A stretch of DNA of 64,000 nt from Candidatus Bathyarchaeota archaeon (GCA_963702095.1 OY969706.1:1664001-1728000), one strand, 5' to 3'; shown: positions 20,601-31,166, counted from the first letter of the stretch. Notes: a model not told the origin generated them from the letters alone. Made by a program: numbers and translations.

Positions 20601-20979
20601 TTTCGCCTTGGCTGTAGCTTTCGTTTGAAAACCAGTTTGCGCCAAGTGATAAGTTGTTTAAACTAAAAACTGCGCCCCATTCAGGGTTAACATCGCCGAT
20701 GTTGGCAAGTCCACTATCTAAGTAGTTGGTTGCTAACTGCTCCGCATAGGTGTTGTTGCCGGTGACTTTAAGGACAGAACCGTAGTAGCCTACGGTGAAA
20801 CCCAAGATTTCTCTTATGCCTAGGTTGGTTTCGTCTATGGCGCTTAAGAGTTGAGGTTGATCACCTGTGGCACCGTAATGTATCGACGTATAGGTTGTGA
20901 CTACGGCTGCAACCAGAACCACGGCAACCAATAGGGCTGCTATAACGGAGAATTGGCCTTTACTGTTAAATCGCTTCAT
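17649..20979 (-). CDS. Large (~1110 aa) pilin-like/adhesin protein with class III signal; split by one +1 frameshift near 19497
   Basis: N-terminus MKRFNSKG|QFSVIAALLVAVVL. The two overlapping ORFs join as ...YCIYCTYS/PAQYTVQAE...; span is 3n+1. Confidence 0.75.
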
Positions 20980-22287
20980 TTAGTTACCTCCTGCTAAACC
21001 AAGCTGCAGAACAACCAGCCGCGAAGTCCCCGTCGCCGTGTATTCTGAAGCGTAAACTCTGGGATGATAATACGATAAGAGACTTAGCGCTGTCATGCGC
21101 ACATCTGGGGTTCGGGTTAAACCCAAAGCCAAAAACGATCCAGTTATGGTGGTAGTTCCGTGAGTGTAGAGAGTTCCTGGGTAATAGTGTGTGCCAGAAG
21201 CGGAGATTGGATCCAGTACGTTTACGCCTACTGAAAGATGATACGTTGCGAATATCGATTCCATGAGCGTTCTTGTGGCAGTTTGAGTTGATGATGGGTA
21301 AATTCCATAGTAGTTGCAGGCATCTAATGCGATTTGGGTAAGTGTTGCCTGTCTAGTGGTGCTGTCAACTGCGCTTCCACTGGTGCTGTATGCTTGGTTG
21401 TCTAAGCCCTTAAGAAACGCTATGGAGCCGCCTCCACCAGTTTGCTGCATACCAAATATACCCCATTTATTCTGATCATTTTCAAAAGCTACTGTATTAC
21501 TAACGTAGTAGAAGGGGTAGCCGACTATGCTTGCCCAAGTCCAATTGTACATGTTAACTTTCTGTCCCAGATACCAACTGTAGTAGGCATAGCCGCCCTG
21601 TGAATAGGGTAATTTGCAGTAGTCGCTGGGTATGGGCACGGCTTCTCCGCAAGTGTTGATGATGATTGCGTTGTTGAGGGTTTCACCGTGGATGGACGTT
21701 CCGCCTAATATTTGGGCAAACTGCGAAGTATTTTGGATCATCACTGTATTGACAAAATACGGGGACAGCAAAGTGTAGAGGTCTTGGGCTAAACTTTGAG
21801 CAGTATACCCCGTAATCCACCAGCCGTTTGCGTCACTGCAGTTTAAGATATAGAGAGTTCCGCCGTTTCCAACACCAATTTTGTCTGGAGTAACGTTGAA
21901 GGTTACGTTTGAAGAGGCAACGGTGTAGGATGAGACATCATTTGTTCCAACTATGTTCTGCGCGTTGGAGAAGGAATCCACACGACTGTAGAGTTGGCCA
22001 CCAGTGTCATTTATGTCGTAGACCGTGAGGTTGTAAATTATGTTTGGAGGCAGAGATGCAGCTAACGCGGCTTGGAGTCCCCCCCAAACCGTGGCGTTGT
22101 CGGTTTCAAATGCGGCTTGGCTTAAACCATAGTTGGAGTCAAGCATCTGTAACGTGGTAAAGGAGAGGCGCCTGAGGTTTATCGGGGCAACTTCTCTGGG
22201 CGAAGGCAAAACTGCAAAGTACGAGACCGCTATGAAGGCGCCTGAGAGTATGATTATGACAAAGAGAATTTCTATTGTGCGAATCAT
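20980..22287 (-). CDS. Pilin-like/accessory T4P protein
   Basis: MIRTIE followed by hydrophobic helix; S/T/N-rich extracellular domain; TGATG overlap with upstream gene. Confidence 0.7.
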   Translation of the reverse strand: MIRTIEILFVIIILSGAFIAVSYFAVLPSPREVAPINLRRLSFTTLQMLDSNYGLSQAAFETDNATVWGGLQAALAASLPPNIIYNLTVYDINDTGGQLYSRVDSFSNAQNIVGTNDVSSYTVASSNVTFNVTPDKIGVGNGGTLYILNCSDANGWWITGYTAQSLAQDLYTLLSPYFVNTVMIQNTSQFAQILGGTSIHGETLNNAIIINTCGEAVPIPSDYCKLPYSQGGYAYYSWYLGQKVNMYNWTWASIVGYPFYYVSNTVAFENDQNKWGIFGMQQTGGGGSIAFLKGLDNQAYSTSGSAVDSTTRQATLTQIALDACNYYGIYPSSTQTATRTLMESIFATYHLSVGVNVLDPISASGTHYYPGTLYTHGTTTITGSFLALGLTRTPDVRMTALSLLSYYHPRVYASEYTATGTSRLVVLQLGLAGGN

Positions 22288-23519
22288 CAGCTACTCCCCG
22301 CGTGACCCCCAAAATTCCAGAGGTCAAGTTTAGCTTGATAGGCGATTCCTCCGATGGTGATTTGGCGGAGGTCTGTCGTCACCCAATCCTGACCCGCTGC
22401 GTTACCGCCCAGGGTTATCGGGAACCCCAGCGAACCCAATCCCCAAGGCGCCAACACGATGCCGTATTGACCTGCATTGGTTTTGTAGGCTACAAAGAGT
22501 ATACCCGCATTGTTGGGAACGGTTACTTTTGTGTAGTCCTGGGTGCTGCCGGGACCGTAATCGATTGTGCCCTCAGCATTGTTTAGGATTACTTGGCGCA
22601 GAGTGTACTCTTCGGTTAAGATGGCGAAGGTCGCGTTGTAACTTAGTTGTGTGTAGATGGGGTTCTGTGGTGGAGGACCGACTGAATCACTGTGGGCAAG
22701 GCGTATGGTTTGGTTTTGGAAGCTATCGATCAGCGGCACCACGGTCTTAGCAGTAGATGAATCTACATGCACATAGTACCCGACGCCTTTGAGCCCATAA
22801 AGATGAACATAGACGACAAGCGCATAGGAGCGGCTTTCTCCGTTTATCCCTGGAAAAGAAATTGTCTGCACGTTTCCCGCTCCATCGGTCACTGCGTTGC
22901 CACTTATTATCGTGTAGGATGGGTAGGGGTTTGAGTCTTGGTTAACTATAATCAGGTTGTAGGTGGCTTCTGCGTTGGCTAAGGAGAGCCCTGTTCCCGA
23001 CGCATAAACGCTAAATTGCAATGGAGAACCAGTAGACGTCTTGGTTACAGTAACCGCTATAGTCGGCGTTAGGGATAGTTCGAAGCCGTATGTGCCGTTT
23101 ACACCCAGAAGCTTCGACGCCGCCGAGTAACTGACGGTTTGAGATGGAGAAGTTAGTAGATAGGCGCCGTACCCAGCTGTTATGTTGCTGTAGTCTAAGC
23201 CTGTCCGCGGATAATTAACGGACGGCATCGTGGTTGAAGTTAATCGCATAGTGGAGAAGGAGCTAAGTTTGTACTGGCTGAACTCGACGTCCTGCAACCC
23301 AAGCGCTGCTGGTGCAGTGTCGACTAATGACCAATTCTGAGGTAATCCTGGATTGAGCAGTACAGTGTCAAGGAGATCGCTGGTTTTAGTTGACATCGCA
23401 GTATGCTGCTGATAGGACAACGCTGTTTGGATGGATTGGCTAAAGAACCCGATGAAAATCACTAATGCGGCGATGAAGATTACCAGCGAAAGCATGTGGT
23501 CCAGCGCAGCACTTGCCAC
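22287..23519 (-). CDS. Pilin-like/accessory T4P protein
   Basis: MASAALD followed by hydrophobic helix; LL.PG.P.NW motif; abuts its neighbours. Confidence 0.7.
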   Translation of the reverse strand: MASAALDHMLSLVIFIAALVIFIGFFSQSIQTALSYQQHTAMSTKTSDLLDTVLLNPGLPQNWSLVDTAPAALGLQDVEFSQYKLSSFSTMRLTSTTMPSVNYPRTGLDYSNITAGYGAYLLTSPSQTVSYSAASKLLGVNGTYGFELSLTPTIAVTVTKTSTGSPLQFSVYASGTGLSLANAEATYNLIIVNQDSNPYPSYTIISGNAVTDGAGNVQTISFPGINGESRSYALVVYVHLYGLKGVGYYVHVDSSTAKTVVPLIDSFQNQTIRLAHSDSVGPPPQNPIYTQLSYNATFAILTEEYTLRQVILNNAEGTIDYGPGSTQDYTKVTVPNNAGILFVAYKTNAGQYGIVLAPWGLGSLGFPITLGGNAAGQDWVTTDLRQITIGGIAYQAKLDLWNFGGHAGSS

Positions 23520-24002
23520 TTAGGCTCCTCCGAAAGACAGAACGATGTTGCCGGCGGTTTTTTCCGCGGTTAACCCAAGATTGTTATCTATATCGGTACT
23601 GTTAAAGGTCAAGTTGTCCTGCCAGTCAATGTTATCGCCTAAGGTGACCAGCGTAGAGCAAACGCCCTTAATGGAGATATAATTTAGCGTGATGTTCATG
23701 ATTTCGTTTGAAGAACCCACAAATGTAACATGCTTTAGCGTTACTGTATATGCATATTCCTCAATTGTCACTGGAATATCGAGATTCATTTTGAGCGTTC
23801 CGTTGATGATTGAAGCGTGGTTTATAGTGTAGTATAACTGCTGGATGGCGCTTCCTAGATGCCCCGCCGTTTCCTGCAATTCTAACTCGCGGTGTGAATC
23901 GGTATACGTATTCATGATTGTCACGGCGACTAAGGGGAAAAGGAAAATCTGCAGAATCAACACGGGAATCATAATCATGTATTCAATAGTTACCTGTGTC
24001 AT
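23520..24002 (-). CDS. Small pilin-like protein
   Basis: MTQVTIEY followed by hydrophobic helix, resembling the Q-x-S/T-x-E mature pilin N-terminus. Confidence 0.7.
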   Translation of the reverse strand: MTQVTIEYMIMIPVLILQIFLFPLVAVTIMNTYTDSHRELELQETAGHLGSAIQQLYYTINHASIINGTLKMNLDIPVTIEEYAYTVTLKHVTFVGSSNEIMNITLNYISIKGVCSTLVTLGDNIDWQDNLTFNSTDIDNNLGLTAEKTAGNIVLSFGGA

Positions 24003-24013
24003 ACCCTGTCCTC

Positions 24014-24880
24014 CTATGTGGCTCCTATCGATACCTGCACTTTCCCAACATAGAACTCTACAATTGAGTTGGGGCTTAACTTGGGAGTAGATGTACTGTT
24101 GAGTGTGATAGTAGTGCTTTTGAAGTTGAAAAACGAGCCGTCAAAACCTGAGGTGGCTCGGGGAAAACTAACTGTTATGGCAACTTGGTCTACGCCGCTT
24201 CGAGAAAACTTCGAGATACCTTCACCCGTCAGAGTTAACGATTGGGACAAATACGGGCTGGTGCCGTTTTGCAGACTGGGCAAGTAAAATTTGAAGTAAC
24301 TCGAATTTTGAGCACCTACAATCGTTGACGTTAAAACCCTCATGGTCGGTGCCAGAACCGATCGCAGATAGCCTCCATCTGCCATGGGCAGTTTTTGTGT
24401 GCAGAACACTTGGCCCACAGGCGCCGATGCGTCAGAGAGCAAAAAAGAGTTGTTCGCATATAAGGGGAAACGTTCGAAGTGGCCGTTGCCCATCTGGTAT
24501 ATGTCAATAGGCATATTATAGAGGATTACCCCCGTGGAACCATCCAAAGGTAGAGTTTCCCAGCCGGAGCTTGTGTGCACGCTAAAGGTGTAGGTGAGGG
24601 TTAAATCTTGGAATTTGACGTTTCCAAAGTGATTGGCGAATGTGACTGTTTGGGTGCGTCCGATGGTCCAAGCTATATCATCCATCTGTTTCCCCGTGGT
24701 CTGCATGAAACTCTTGCTACTGCTGAATTCGTTTTCTGCCAGCTTCTGGTTCATTATATTACCGGCATAAGTCATCGCGACAAGGATCAGGACTATACCT
24801 GCCCCTGTAAGTATCACCGTGGAAATAGCGGGGCTTACCGCACGCTTGTCACTGCCTAAGCTGAGTCGAGTGAAGTTCAT
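24014..24880 (-). CDS. Archaeal type IV pilin-like protein
   Basis: Class III signal DKRA|VSPAISTVILTGAGIVLILVA. Confidence 0.8.
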   Translation of the reverse strand: MNFTRLSLGSDKRAVSPAISTVILTGAGIVLILVAMTYAGNIMNQKLAENEFSSSKSFMQTTGKQMDDIAWTIGRTQTVTFANHFGNVKFQDLTLTYTFSVHTSSGWETLPLDGSTGVILYNMPIDIYQMGNGHFERFPLYANNSFLLSDASAPVGQVFCTQKLPMADGGYLRSVLAPTMRVLTSTIVGAQNSSYFKFYLPSLQNGTSPYLSQSLTLTGEGISKFSRSGVDQVAITVSFPRATSGFDGSFFNFKSTTITLNSTSTPKLSPNSIVEFYVGKVQVSIGAT

Positions 24881-24891
24881 AGCGATATCTC

Positions 24892-26622
24892 CTATGTTAG
24901 TTTAATGAATTGCGGAATCAGTTTAGCCGCGACCACTGCAATTATGACTAGGATGGCGGCGTGTTTTAGTCCTGAAGCGATGGAGTCGTCGCTTATTTTT
25001 CCTGCAACGATGCCGATTAGGTAGCTGTGGAAAATCACTGAGGAGATGAATATGGTTGACATCAAGCTGTTGTCCTGTGTCGGCGAGGTTACGCCCGGAA
25101 CTGTTATGCCGGTTGTTAAGCCCATCATCATCACAGTCGTTGCTACCAGTAGAATCGAAGCCAAATACGGCATCATAACGTAGGGGCGAACGCTCATCTT
25201 CTTCTCTTTTTCAACTTCCTGGGTCATGTTGTTGAAGCGAGCCAGCGAGTCAATCATTGCTATGGTACCGCCGCCCACGTCGATGGTTTCCACCAGCAGA
25301 AACATAACTATCTGCACCATCCAACTGCGGGTTCGACGCAGAAAATCAGTCATGACTTTCTTGATAGGTATACCCCAACTGATGTCACTGCTGATTTTCC
25401 TCAGTTCCTTACTAAATGCGCCATAATCACGTCTCGAGAGACTTTCAATGCACTTCTCAGGCGACAACCCTGTCTTGCGGACCTCTGTTAGGTCGCGGAG
25501 AAAGTTTGCGACTCCTTGCTCCATGCTCTGTTTAACGCTGGATAATCTCATATGTAAGACGGCAGCGGGGGCAGCGGATATGAAGAGTGAAATGGCTATG
25601 GCGATGGGTAAATCTAAGCCTATAGCTTGTAGTTGAGTGAAAACTGGTAGCTGTATTGCACCCATAAAATTGGTGAGTAAGAGGAACACTACGACGGCGA
25701 AGACGCAGCAAATACCATAGAGTTTGTAGGGACGCATATCTGTTTGCGGCGTCTTGGATTGCATGGTGTGCGCTAAATAAATAAACATAATCGAGAGCAT
25801 GGGCGTGAAGATGAAGGTGTACATTAACATGCCCGAGTAAGAAGAGAGGTCTGCGTTTGCCGCCGATGCTGCGGTACCTGTCTGGACGTTATTGACGGCG
25901 AAGAGGATGTAGAAGCAAAGCGACATCATGACCTCCACGATGATGAAGGTTTCCAGAAGCATACCTAACCGGTCAGCCGCTGCCTTCACACGGAACCCTC
26001 GGGCTTTGAAGATGTCTTCTGCTTTGCGTTCCAAGAAGTGGCCGATGTCTCCGCCGATGACGACGGTGGATGCGTAGCCGCCCAAGAAATCTTTGAAGAG
26101 GTCCAACGGAGTCTTCTTGGCGGCAACCTCAAGGGAAGTTAAGGGGTCAACGCCGAAGATTTCTACGTCTTTAACGATGTCCCGTGCCTCTTTACTCATG
26201 GCGGGCATTAGGTTGACTTCGGTTAAGCGTTTAAAGCTGCTGTATGGCGCAATACCTCCTGACGACATGACGCTGATGTAGGCTGCGGCAAACGGCAACT
26301 CCCGCTCTAGCCCCGTGGAGCGGTCGCTTGCGTTGTTCATGGGCACAAGCACGAAACCTGCGACGATGAAAAGAGGCAGGCAAACCAGTACAAGAAGCGG
26401 CAGGACGCCAAAGGTTAACGCTGCATACGCCGCGGCAACCGAAACTGGAATAGTCAGTATAGCCGTGAAAAGCATCATGGAAATGTAGGTTTCAGAGTAA
26501 ATTTTCACCCTGCCCTTCTCCAACGAAGCTTTTGTGGAAGGGAAAACTTTGGTAAGGATGAACGGTGCTAATTTCCCGAAGAGGCGGAATGAGAGGGCTT
26601 CAAATTTATTTAGTAACGGCAA
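24892..26622 (-). CDS. T4P/archaellum-type membrane platform protein (TadC/FlaJ/PilC-like, two T2SSF domains)
   Basis: ELPFAAAYISVM..GG and NFLRDLTEVRKTG.SPE repeats; multiple TMs. Confidence 0.88.
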   Translation of the reverse strand: MPLLNKFEALSFRLFGKLAPFILTKVFPSTKASLEKGRVKIYSETYISMMLFTAILTIPVSVAAAYAALTFGVLPLLVLVCLPLFIVAGFVLVPMNNASDRSTGLERELPFAAAYISVMSSGGIAPYSSFKRLTEVNLMPAMSKEARDIVKDVEIFGVDPLTSLEVAAKKTPLDLFKDFLGGYASTVVIGGDIGHFLERKAEDIFKARGFRVKAAADRLGMLLETFIIVEVMMSLCFYILFAVNNVQTGTAASAANADLSSYSGMLMYTFIFTPMLSIMFIYLAHTMQSKTPQTDMRPYKLYGICCVFAVVVFLLLTNFMGAIQLPVFTQLQAIGLDLPIAIAISLFISAAPAAVLHMRLSSVKQSMEQGVANFLRDLTEVRKTGLSPEKCIESLSRRDYGAFSKELRKISSDISWGIPIKKVMTDFLRRTRSWMVQIVMFLLVETIDVGGGTIAMIDSLARFNNMTQEVEKEKKMSVRPYVMMPYLASILLVATTVMMMGLTTGITVPGVTSPTQDNSLMSTIFISSVIFHSYLIGIVAGKISDDSIASGLKHAAILVIIAVVAAKLIPQFIKLT

Positions 26623-28432
26623 CTTTCTCAGCCTCCACTGCAGCCTCTATTTCTATGTGGGATGACTTGATTTTCTGCAGGATTTCTTGGGGTTGTGCAT
26701 AGTATTCGGCGATTATAGTGGCGACTTCTCTGTAGCTGCGTATGTTGCTCTTTCTCATCCAGCGTAAAACGTCACTTCGCCGTTTCATCTCGGATAGAAG
26801 CTGGTTTCGAGTTAAGCCGAGGCGTTCAGAAATGCTTGTAAACAGGAAACTGGAGTCTAAGTCGATTTCTTGCTGGTCTTTTACTGGATCCCATTTGAAG
26901 GGGTTAACGTATTTCTCGTAGTCGACGATTTCGTTGACTGAGAGTACACGTCGGAAAGCTCGTTTCTGCCCGTTCTTAACTAGGTGCACACGCTGAACCG
27001 ACATAACTATGTTCATGAGTGGAATGTAGGCGGGTGAGATGTCCATGGGTTTCTGGGTTAAACGTTTAACGGCTGACTGCACATTCTCAGCGTGCATTGT
27101 ACACATGCCGCCGTGGCCAGTTGCCAAAGCCTGAAAGAGTACATAGGCTTCTTGACCTCGGACTTCGCCTACAATCATGAGGTCTGGTCTGTGCCGCATA
27201 CAAGTTTTAACCAAGTCGAAGAGGGCAACTTCACCGATGTTACTGCCGCCCAACCCGTAGCTTTGGCGTGCGATAAGTGAAACCCAGTTTTCATGGGACA
27301 GGTTAAGTTCAGCGGTTTCTTCGATGGTCATGATTTTGCTGCCAGGCTTAATAAGGCAACCCAAAGCGTTGAGAGCGGTGGTTTTGCCTGCCGCTGTGCC
27401 GCCCAGCACCATAACGGAGGCGCGGTTTTCAAGGCATATCCAGAGGTAAGCCGCCATCTCCTCGGTGAAGGTGCCAATGTTGATTAAATCGATTATCGAG
27501 TAAGGATCATCTCGGAACTTTCTGATAGTGAACGCAGTGCCAAAAGGCGTGATTTCGCGACGGTAGGCAACGGCGAGACGGTGTTTTCCAGGCAGTGAAG
27601 CATCAACGATAGGGAAGGCGCTGCTGACGTGTTTGCCCGCCATGTGCACCAGTTTCACCACCAAGTTATCGAGGTCCTCGTCAGATTCAAACTGCAGGTT
27701 AGTTTCGATGCTTTCAAATGTGCGGTGCCAAATGTAGACGGGTTTGTTGACTCCGTCACAGGAAATGTCTTCTATGTTTGGGTCGTGCATTATCGGATCG
27801 ATTTTGCCGAATCCGACTAGGTCGCGTTCGGCGTGGTAGAGAATCTTGTACCAGGAAACGTCAGGCAACCAGCCTAAGCTGATGCGGTATTTATCAACGA
27901 TTTTTCTGGCTTCATTAGCAAAGAATTCTCGCGGATCCGCTAGTTCCTCCTTTGGCGATTGGATTTCGGCGAGGAGGATTTCGAGGATGCGATTGTAGAT
28001 GCCGCGTTCGAGGGGATCAAGCTGTAGTTCGTCTAAGATATATTTGTGTTCGCCTGTTTTTGGGTCTTGGACGATGGCAACTTGGCTGAAAGGTTCAAAG
28101 AGGGGGTATTTTTCTACTACTTTGACATCTTTTGGCAGGGCTCTAGCTGTGTTTGGAAGTTGGGGTGTTTCCTCTTGAGACGCCTCTTTTTTGCCACCAA
28201 GCGAGATTTTGGGTAACTTTAGATTCTTGAATTTTTCGTGGATGTTTGCGATTGAGATATGTATGCGTGGTTTTATGGCTGCGATTTTCTGTTTTTTGGT
28301 TTCAAGGTTGTGTTTGATGTTGTCGCTGGTGTGGTGTAGATTTTGGTTCGCTTTTTCGATTGCCTGAGTGATTTTTTGTTTCAGGCTTGGTTTTTTTTGT
28401 GATTGGGACATTGTATTGTTGTTGGGCACCAA
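26606..28432 (-). CDS. T4P assembly ATPase (TadA/FlaI/PilB-like)
   Basis: IEDISCDG, TIRKF, GGTAAGKTT, IEETAEL, RHRPD.MIVGEVRG, TGHGGMCTMHA. Confidence 0.92.
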   Translation of the reverse strand: MVPNNNTMSQSQKKPSLKQKITQAIEKANQNLHHTSDNIKHNLETKKQKIAAIKPRIHISIANIHEKFKNLKLPKISLGGKKEASQEETPQLPNTARALPKDVKVVEKYPLFEPFSQVAIVQDPKTGEHKYILDELQLDPLERGIYNRILEILLAEIQSPKEELADPREFFANEARKIVDKYRISLGWLPDVSWYKILYHAERDLVGFGKIDPIMHDPNIEDISCDGVNKPVYIWHRTFESIETNLQFESDEDLDNLVVKLVHMAGKHVSSAFPIVDASLPGKHRLAVAYRREITPFGTAFTIRKFRDDPYSIIDLINIGTFTEEMAAYLWICLENRASVMVLGGTAAGKTTALNALGCLIKPGSKIMTIEETAELNLSHENWVSLIARQSYGLGGSNIGEVALFDLVKTCMRHRPDLMIVGEVRGQEAYVLFQALATGHGGMCTMHAENVQSAVKRLTQKPMDISPAYIPLMNIVMSVQRVHLVKNGQKRAFRRVLSVNEIVDYEKYVNPFKWDPVKDQQEIDLDSSFLFTSISERLGLTRNQLLSEMKRRSDVLRWMRKSNIRSYREVATIIAEYYAQPQEILQKIKSSHIEIEAAVEAEKVAVTK

Positions 28433-28580
28433 GTCCTATTAAGTATTATGTCTCACTAAATATTATTGTAAATATGTTCTACAAAGCAACACAACTCTTG
28501 AGGTAAAATCGGTTGGGTTCACCAAACGATTTTTAAACTTGGCAGTATCCACTACATTGCCGCATGGTAGCTGGGACGAT

Positions 28581-29279
28581 ATGTTGGGTCAAACTGTATG
28601 TATTATTGATCAAGTCAGGATGGAGGGCAGAAGGATGCTTCTTGAACCGGAGGCTAAAGCCGTTTGTGCCCAGTACGGTATTTCTGTGAACAGGTTTAGT
28701 GTAGTAACCAGCGGGGCGGAGGCTGTTTTGCAGGCAGAACAAATTGGCTATCCCATTGTTCTTAAAATCGTGTCGCCTGATATTATCCATAAATCTGATG
28801 CTGGCGGAGTAAAAGTTAACCTTAAAACCGCAGCGGAAGTGGAGGCAGCCTACGGAACCATAATTGCAAACGCCAAGAAGTACAGGTCGGACGCAAAAAT
28901 CGTCGGTGTCTTGGTGCAGGAGATGGCGCCGCAGGGTGTGGAAGTCATCGTTGGCGCAGTCAAAGACCCCCAGTTCGGCCAAACCGTCATGTTCGGTTTA
29001 GGCGGCATATTCGTCGAGTTGCTCAAAGACGTCAGTTTCCGAGTTGCACCCCTCACCAGCGACGACGCAAAAGAAATGATCACCCAACTCAAAGCCTACC
29101 CCCTGCTAAACGGCTACCGCGGCACCCAACCCGCCGACATACAAGCCCTCCAAACAATCATCCTAAACGTCTCCAAACTCGTCATGGACCACCCGGAAAT
29201 CAAAGAACTAGACCTCAACCCAGTCATGGCATACCCAGTGGGCGCAAAGACAGTCGACGCAAGAATCATCCTCGAATAA
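28581..29279 (+). CDS. acdB: Acetate/acyl-CoA ligase (ADP-forming) beta subunit, ATP-grasp
   Basis: GYPIVLKIVSPDIIHKSDAGGV, DPQFG..VMFGLGGIFVE, ELDLNPV, VDARI. Confidence 0.88.
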   Translation: MLGQTVCIIDQVRMEGRRMLLEPEAKAVCAQYGISVNRFSVVTSGAEAVLQAEQIGYPIVLKIVSPDIIHKSDAGGVKVNLKTAAEVEAAYGTIIANAKKYRSDAKIVGVLVQEMAPQGVEVIVGAVKDPQFGQTVMFGLGGIFVELLKDVSFRVAPLTSDDAKEMITQLKAYPLLNGYRGTQPADIQALQTIILNVSKLVMDHPEIKELDLNPVMAYPVGAKTVDARIILE

Positions 29280-29330
29280 TTTTTTTCTCAACAGTCGCCG
29301 CCCTAATTAGGGCAGAATGTTTTTTCTTTC

Positions 29331-29504
29331 TTTATGTGGGTGTAGCGGTTTACAGGGTGCCACAAGATTGGATTTGAGTGCGTTTGCTTTTTGTGGAAGC
29401 ATTGTGTTTTGGCGTCTGTTTCGGTGGGGGATATGCGTTTTCTTCCACATGCCCTGCATGGCTCTATGCAAAGGCGGTCGCGGTGTGGATGTGGAAGCAT
29501 GTAT
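29331..29504 (+). repeat. Dispersed intergenic repeat family A, copy A1 (weaker similarity continues to ~29557)
   Basis: Gap-free alignment with 46061-46234; 41 mismatches in 174 nt by manual count. Confidence 0.9.
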
Positions 29505-29708
29505 GTTTTGTTTTTCCCAAAACAATCGTCAAGCAACGATGACAGCAATAAATCGGCTTCTATCCTGTCACAGAACAGGCTCACCGCCCATTAACCCACA
29601 CAAAACCTGACAAGCCACATTTTTTATCTACCGCGAAGTTGGGGCAACTCGAGTTGAAGGCAAAAGCACCTGAAGATATGGCCCATTCCGTAATTGATTT
29701 AACCTTCC

Positions 29709-31142
29709 ATGACAACCCCTTGTATGTGGGTGTCGTGTTTGAATAAATCTGCATACATAATAATCATACTTTTAATGGCTCTTGCTATTGGGCTGCCATT
29801 TTTTAACGGGGTATCTGCAACCACCTACGTAGGCGACATACCAAACGGGGAAGCAATCTGGACTGCCGAAAACAGTCCATACGCCCTAACAAACAACCTC
29901 GTGATCGGCAGCGGCGAAACCCTAAACATCGAACCAGGCGTAGTTGTGCACCTTAACGGTTACCAAATTCAAGTCTACGGTTACCTCAATACCCAAGGGT
30001 CAAGCAATAACAAAATCTATTTCTTCAGCGATGGCTTCTCAAATTCCCAGATAATCTTCAAATCCCAAAGCGACCAAACCTGCACGGTGGATTACGGCGT
30101 CTTTTACTCGGTTCCCATAACCATAGAAGGTGGGGCACCGACATTGGCAAATAGCTATTTCACCGGCACCTCCAATGGCGCAGTGATAACGATAAATTCG
30201 GGCGCTGCTACAATTACAGGTAACGTTATTTCAACGCAGAATGCACAGGATGGCATTCACATTAACTCAGGGTTAGTGACGATTAGTGGAAATACCATTT
30301 CGGGTCCACGAGCGCAACAAGGCTGCGGAATCTACAACACAGGGAGCACAGCACCCATAACTGCCAACAAAATCACTAACTTTTACTCAGGCATCTACAC
30401 AACTGAGCCGGTGACGATCCAGCAAAACGTCATCATGAACAATGTTAACGATGGAGTAGTCACCGAGAACACCGCCGATGCTACAATCAGCAACAACGCT
30501 ATTGCATACAACAATGTTGGGATTAGCCGAGATGCAAACATCCAAAACAACACTATCTCACATAACACCTATGGCTTGTGGGGTCAAACAAGTGTCTCCA
30601 CAATACGTTACAACAATATCTTGGATAGTACCAGCGAAAACGTGCATTTGACTGATGCCGGCGCAAACGTGGACGCCGCTTACAACTGGTGGGGAACGAC
30701 TAACGAAACAAGTATCAGGCTGACAATATCAGACTATAGATTTGACCCCGACCTAGGCAACTTAACTTTTAAGCCGTTTCTAACCCAATCTGCCAATGCA
30801 CCTGCGGTTCCAGCATCGATTGTTGTTCCAACACCGCCTCCAACACCCACAGCATCAACAGCGCCTAGCCCCACTGAAACCACAAACTCAACAGCCACAC
30901 CCACCCCGACAACCATAATCGTAACGCCCACTTACACGCCTTACCCATACCAAACAACGCCTTGGCCCACCCAGACAACTCAGCCCATCCAACCCACAGG
31001 TGAGTCGGGACTCGGCGGTTTCAGCTTAAACGACATAACGACTGCAGCAGTGATAGTGGCTGCTGTCTGTTTAGCAGTAACGATTGTTGTGGTTTTGAAT
31101 CGGCGGTTCGGGCAAGCGGATAGACAGCAAGTGAAACCATGA
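29709..31142 (+). CDS. Surface protein with right-handed parallel beta-helix, P/T linker and C-terminal TM
   Basis: WT.ENSPY, I..N.I repeats, DA.YNWWGT, PTPT-rich stalk, TM followed by RR. Confidence 0.82.
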   Translation: MTTPCMWVSCLNKSAYIIIILLMALAIGLPFFNGVSATTYVGDIPNGEAIWTAENSPYALTNNLVIGSGETLNIEPGVVVHLNGYQIQVYGYLNTQGSSNNKIYFFSDGFSNSQIIFKSQSDQTCTVDYGVFYSVPITIEGGAPTLANSYFTGTSNGAVITINSGAATITGNVISTQNAQDGIHINSGLVTISGNTISGPRAQQGCGIYNTGSTAPITANKITNFYSGIYTTEPVTIQQNVIMNNVNDGVVTENTADATISNNAIAYNNVGISRDANIQNNTISHNTYGLWGQTSVSTIRYNNILDSTSENVHLTDAGANVDAAYNWWGTTNETSIRLTISDYRFDPDLGNLTFKPFLTQSANAPAVPASIVVPTPPPTPTASTAPSPTETTNSTATPTPTTIIVTPTYTPYPYQTTPWPTQTTQPIQPTGESGLGGFSLNDITTAAVIVAAVCLAVTIVVVLNRRFGQADRQQVKP

Positions 31143-31158
31143 TTTAGACGCTAACATT

Positions 31159-31166
31159 TTTTATAA
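31159..31166 (+). promoter_or_regulatory. Putative TATA box of tgtA (probably leaderless mRNA)
   Basis: TTTTATAA ends 27 nt before the ATG at 31194; no SD. Confidence 0.4.

Noticed and set aside
16537-28432. Archaellum operon
   Set aside because: No FlaH, FlaF/G or archaellin-like sequences.
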